Shown one piece after another: positions 60,083 through 64,000 of a stretch of DNA of 64,000 nt. The first letter of the stretch is position 1. Every line of letters starts with the position of its first letter. The notes under the pieces were generated by a model that saw only the letters and a list, made by a program, of their open reading frames with translations, did no database searches and had not been told where the DNA came from. The stretch covers positions 29,825 through 93,824 of the IMG/VR virus record IMGVR_UViG_3300025941_000001; one strand, written 5' to 3'. The stretch is from a virus. Position numbers and translations under genes: made by a program.

Positions 60083-62635
60083 ATGATCACTCTGGATTTC
60101 GAAACCCGTAGCGCCGCCGACCTCATCAAGTGGGGACAGCGACGCTATGCGCTCGATACGAGCACGCAAGCTCTCTGCTTGGCGTGGACGTTCGATCAAG
60201 AGGACGAGGTCCATCTCTGGCACCGCGATCATCCATGGATTAAGAAGAGCCCACGCCCTGACCGGCTCATCGAACGCATTAGGAGTGGCGAGAAGGTCGA
60301 GGCCCACAACGCGGGTTTCGAGTTCAATATCTGGAATGAAACACTTCGCCGGGAGTTTCCTGAGTTCGACGTGGAGTTGACAGTCGATCAGATGCACTGT
60401 TCGGCGGCGAAGGCCTCATGTCTGTCTCTGCCCCGGGGACTGGAGGACGCCATTCGCGCGGTCGGCCTGCCTGATCACAAGATCGCGGACGGCAAGCGCC
60501 TGATCAACAAGCTGTCGAAGCCAATGCCTCGGCGGGCTGTTATTGAAGTGCCCGGCGATACGTTCCGCGAAGTGATGCGGTCCCAGATGAACGAACTCTG
60601 GGAGCCCGGCGAGTACGTCACTGAGCAAACTGTCTACGGCATCGCGGATGAAGTAGCTGACGAATACGGAGACAGCGCGCCGGTCGCAATCCGCGAGGCG
60701 GTCCGGAATGACTTTCATCGCGCGGTCAAGACTGGCGTCCTGACATTCGTCGAAGACGGTCTCTATCGCTGGACCGAAAAGCCGCCCAAACCGATCAAGC
60801 TGACCGGCGTCAAACAGGTTTCCAGCAAGAGCCCAATCGAGTTCTGCGAAGAGGAAGAAGAGCACCGCAAAAACTGGGCCTATTGCAAGGGCGACGTGAT
60901 CGCCGAGCGCGGCCTGTCCAACTTTTGCCCGGAGATGTCCGAGCAAGAGCGTCGATACTGGCTGATGGACTTCCGGATGAACCTCCGGGGCATCAAGCTC
61001 GACAAGAAGGCGGCCCGCGTCGCGCTCGACATGGCCGCGAAAGAAACCGACAGGCTCAACGGCGAGCTAAAAGACATCACTGGAGGCGTTGTCGAGAAGG
61101 GCTCCCAACGTGCCGTCCTGCTTAAATGGGCGAACGGGCGGCTCGTAGAACTCGGTCGTGACCCGCTTGAGAACACAAAGGCTGACACGCTTTCATTCGC
61201 GCTCGACGGCGTCCCGACCAAGGCTGGCGACGAGGCCTTCGAGGCGGCCGAAGATCGCATGAAAGAGGCGTGGGACGCTCTCGGCGAGGAAGGCGCGCGG
61301 GTCAACCGGGCGCTGCGCATATGCATGGAGGTGAACCGCTCGTCGGTCGCCAAGTACAAGCGCATGGTGCAGTCGGTCTGCCCGGACGGACGCCTGCACG
61401 ATATCATGCTCTACAACGGAGCCGACCGCACTGGACGGTGGTCCGGCAAGGGCGTGCAGCCCCACAACTTCGTTCGCGGCTACGGCGCGGGATACAAGGG
61501 CCTCACTTCGGACGGGCTCGACGAGATGGGCGACGCGTGGCGCGATATCATGTCGCTCGACCGCGAACTCGTCACGCTCCAGTGGGGCGAGCCCATGGTT
61601 GCTCTGGCCAAAGCCTGTCGCGGCGCGCTGATCGCGAGCCCGGGCAAAGAACTCTACGCGGCCGACTTCAACGCCATCGAAGCTCGCAAGCTCGCGTGGC
61701 TGTCGGGCTGTGCTGACATGCTCGCGATGTTCGTTCCGGGCAAAGATATTTACTGCGACATGGCATCCGCCATCTATGGTCGCACCATCACGAAAGCCGA
61801 CAAGTCGGAGCGTAACCTCGGCAAGAAAGCCATCCTCGGGCTGGGCTACGCGATGGGCTGGGAGAAATTCCAAGCGACCGTCTACATGGATGAAGGCATC
61901 TGGCTCGACGATGAGTTCTGTCAGATGGTGGTCCGCGTCTATCGCAAAGACAAGTACCCCGAGGTCCCGGCGCTCTGGCGCGCGACCGAGAAGGCGGCTA
62001 TCGCGGCTGTCCTCGAAGGCGGCGAGCACTATTGCGGCGGCGATGAGTTCGGCATCGGGGCCGTCTCCTACTTCATGAGCGATGACGGCAACTTCCTGCA
62101 TTGCCGTCTGCCCTCGGGTCGTCTGCTCGCGTATCTCTATCCGCGCGTCAACATGCGTGTCACTTATCGCTTCGCCGCGCTCAATGCTCGCGGTCGGCCG
62201 ACGACTGTCAACTTCCCGGCGAAGAAGAGCGTCGCCCAGCATCGTGTCCGCTGGCACGCCGAGAAGATGGCCGCCAAGCAGAACAAAACGCTTCTGCCTG
62301 ATCCGCCAGAGAGCTTCATCTCGCCGCACCTCTCGTTCATGGGCCGCGATACCTACACCAAGCAGTGGAAGCGCTGCGGCACGCACGGCGGCTCGCTCGT
62401 CGAGAACTACGATCAGGCATCGTCGCGTGATCTGCTCGCCGAGGCTATGCTGCGCGTCGATGAGTTGCCCGAGTTCGATCTGCTTTTGTCCATCCATGAC
62501 GAAGTGATCGCAGAAGCGGCCAAAGGCACTTGCAAAGTTCACGAGTTTGAGGCAATCATGTCCGAGGTGCCGGACTGGGCACCGAACATGCCCATCACAG
62601 CCGAAGGTTGGGTCGGACCAAGACTAAGAAAATAG
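60083..62635 (+). CDS. DNA polymerase, family A, with 3'-5' exonuclease
   Basis: LDFETRS, AHNAGFE, YCKGDV, TGRWSG, motif A ADFNAIEAR, motif B RNLGKKAILGLGY, motif C IHDEV; start MITLDFE at 60083. Confidence 0.95.
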   Translation: MITLDFETRSAADLIKWGQRRYALDTSTQALCLAWTFDQEDEVHLWHRDHPWIKKSPRPDRLIERIRSGEKVEAHNAGFEFNIWNETLRREFPEFDVELTVDQMHCSAAKASCLSLPRGLEDAIRAVGLPDHKIADGKRLINKLSKPMPRRAVIEVPGDTFREVMRSQMNELWEPGEYVTEQTVYGIADEVADEYGDSAPVAIREAVRNDFHRAVKTGVLTFVEDGLYRWTEKPPKPIKLTGVKQVSSKSPIEFCEEEEEHRKNWAYCKGDVIAERGLSNFCPEMSEQERRYWLMDFRMNLRGIKLDKKAARVALDMAAKETDRLNGELKDITGGVVEKGSQRAVLLKWANGRLVELGRDPLENTKADTLSFALDGVPTKAGDEAFEAAEDRMKEAWDALGEEGARVNRALRICMEVNRSSVAKYKRMVQSVCPDGRLHDIMLYNGADRTGRWSGKGVQPHNFVRGYGAGYKGLTSDGLDEMGDAWRDIMSLDRELVTLQWGEPMVALAKACRGALIASPGKELYAADFNAIEARKLAWLSGCADMLAMFVPGKDIYCDMASAIYGRTITKADKSERNLGKKAILGLGYAMGWEKFQATVYMDEGIWLDDEFCQMVVRVYRKDKYPEVPALWRATEKAAIAAVLEGGEHYCGGDEFGIGAVSYFMSDDGNFLHCRLPSGRLLAYLYPRVNMRVTYRFAALNARGRPTTVNFPAKKSVAQHRVRWHAEKMAAKQNKTLLPDPPESFISPHLSFMGRDTYTKQWKRCGTHGGSLVENYDQASSRDLLAEAMLRVDELPEFDLLLSIHDEVIAEAAKGTCKVHEFEAIMSEVPDWAPNMPITAEGWVGPRLRK

Positions 62636-62645
62636 GGGGACTGGA

Positions 62646-62858
62646 ATGTCACTGAAAACGCCCGAGGAAGAAATCGAGATCACGGATATCGAGGATGCGA
62701 CCGAGTACAGCATCGGCTACAACATCCCCGATGGAGAGATGAGCATCCGCTTCTATAACGAGTTCGGCGTCCTGAGTTCTTACGTCACGGACGCGGCCGG
62801 GGCCTACGAGTTGGCGAACAGGATTTTACGGGCATACGACAAACTCGAAGGACTGTAA
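62646..62858 (+). CDS. Hypothetical protein
   Basis: 70 aa, acidic, in operon. Confidence 0.6.
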   Translation: MSLKTPEEEIEITDIEDATEYSIGYNIPDGEMSIRFYNEFGVLSSYVTDAAGAYELANRILRAYDKLEGL

Positions 62859-62861
62859 CCA

Positions 62862-63542
62862 ATGGTCAAACTGCATCCTCTCGCGCCTCCCGAGGCGTCA
62901 CCGCTCAGTCGGCCCACATCCAAGGGGCTCGGCGGCAAAGTCGATCATCGCACGGGCATGGATGACGAGGGGTATTACATCCGGACTTTCTCGGCGCGCA
63001 AGATGTACTTCGACCGCGTCGAAGAGCACGACTACGACATCCGGGATATCGCGCACGCGCTGGCCTCTCGCGTGCGGTGGACCGGCCATGTCAAGCGCAT
63101 CAACGGTCGCTTCATCTCCATAGGCCAGCACTCGTGCGTCGTGCACGACATCATCGCGAAGATGAAGAACGCGACGCCGTCGAAGCGCAAGCAAGGCCTC
63201 TTGCATGACGGCGCAGAGGCGTATATGCCCGACTTCCCGAGCCCACTGAAATGGTGGATGAGATCGAAAGGCAACGACGAACTCTTCAAGCTGGAGAACA
63301 GAGTGGACGAGGCGTTGTGCAAGAAATTGGGCATCCAATATCCGTGGGACCCGGAGATCAAGGAAGCCGATCTCATCGCCCTCGCAACCGAGAACAGGGA
63401 CTACATGCCGAAGGGCCACGAACGGTCCTTCATGTCGCCCCCGTTGAAGAGGCCCATCGTGCTCTGGGGTGTCGAGCGCACGAACCGCGAGTTTTTGAAG
63501 CGGTGGGAAGCAATCCTAACAGAAGAAAAGGCGCAGGCATGA
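62862..63542 (+). CDS. HD-domain 5'-deoxynucleotidase (YfbR-like)
   Basis: DIAHALA...RWTGH...SIGQHS...LLHDGAEAY...D...PLK...EAD. Confidence 0.85.
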   Translation: MVKLHPLAPPEASPLSRPTSKGLGGKVDHRTGMDDEGYYIRTFSARKMYFDRVEEHDYDIRDIAHALASRVRWTGHVKRINGRFISIGQHSCVVHDIIAKMKNATPSKRKQGLLHDGAEAYMPDFPSPLKWWMRSKGNDELFKLENRVDEALCKKLGIQYPWDPEIKEADLIALATENRDYMPKGHERSFMSPPLKRPIVLWGVERTNREFLKRWEAILTEEKAQA

Positions 63543-63763
63543 GCACGGAACGTCCGTCAAAGGGGCTATTGGTTTTTCAGTGTGACGCGTGCTATGACGA
63601 GCAGCACGAGTTCTCGAAGGCCGAGGGTGACGACATCAACAACTTCGCCGAGTGTTGGCGCACGCTGCGCGAAGAGGGATGGACGATACAAGGCAAGGAC
63701 CACTTCTGTCCCGACTGCTCAGAAACGGCAAAGGCGGACCGTGACAATCCCTTCCGAAGATAG
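63539..63763 (+). CDS. Small Zn-finger protein
   Basis: CDAC...GW...HFCPDC. Confidence 0.65.
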   Translation: MSTERPSKGLLVFQCDACYDEQHEFSKAEGDDINNFAECWRTLREEGWTIQGKDHFCPDCSETAKADRDNPFRR

Positions 63764-64000
63764 CGATGAATGGCTTGAGTGGTTTCTCGGTCCGGAGCCT
63801 GTCAAGTCGGCGTGGTCGCACCAAGCTCGGGAGTTCGACGAACACAAGGACGACCGATGCCGCGCGCTGCTCTGGACGATGCGAACGGGCAAGACGAAGG
63901 CCGTCATCGACAAAGCGCTCTATCAGTACGATCAAGGCAACATCGAAGGCGTAGTCGTCCTCGCGCCGAACGGCATTCACATCAACTGGGTCCTCAACGA
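63741..64000 (+). CDS. SNF2-family helicase (5' part, truncated by the window)
   Basis: Manual translation from GTG 63741: ...WSHQARE...ALLWTMRTGKTKAVID...VVVLAPNGIHINW. Confidence 0.8.
   Translation, partial: MTIPSEDSDEWLEWFLGPEPVKSAWSHQAREFDEHKDDRCRALLWTMRTGKTKAVIDKALYQYDQGNIEGVVVLAPNGIHINWVLN

Noticed and set aside
60530-60835. Polymerase insertion as an intein
   Set aside because: No N-terminal Cys/Ser block and no His-Asn terminus.

Overview
A 64-kb, GC-rich segment of a tailed dsDNA phage genome (siphovirus-like). The host is very probably an alphaproteobacterium, judging by a permuted two-piece tmRNA and a CtrA-type box. The left arm (minus strand, ~1-27 kb) holds the virion genes: tail tip, tape measure, a frameshifted tail chaperone, tail tube, head-tail joining proteins, major capsid, a fibre-like module, scaffold, portal, TerL and TerS. 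Upstream of the terminase lies an array of eight small genes that share an N-terminal MKDALGHGS peptide but are otherwise mostly unrelated; this is the best candidate for an undescribed system. Small accessory ORFs fill ~27-46 kb and diverge from an AT-rich palindrome-bearing region at ~38.1-39.0 kb. The right part carries tmRNA, primase-helicase, a Mom-like DNA modifier, ParB-like, HIRAN, DUF2800 nuclease, tRNA-Asn, PAP2, SSB, family A DNA polymerase, HD nucleotidase and the start of an SNF2 helicase. No lysis genes, integrase or CRISPR array were recognised. All family assignments come from motif recognition by eye, not database searches.
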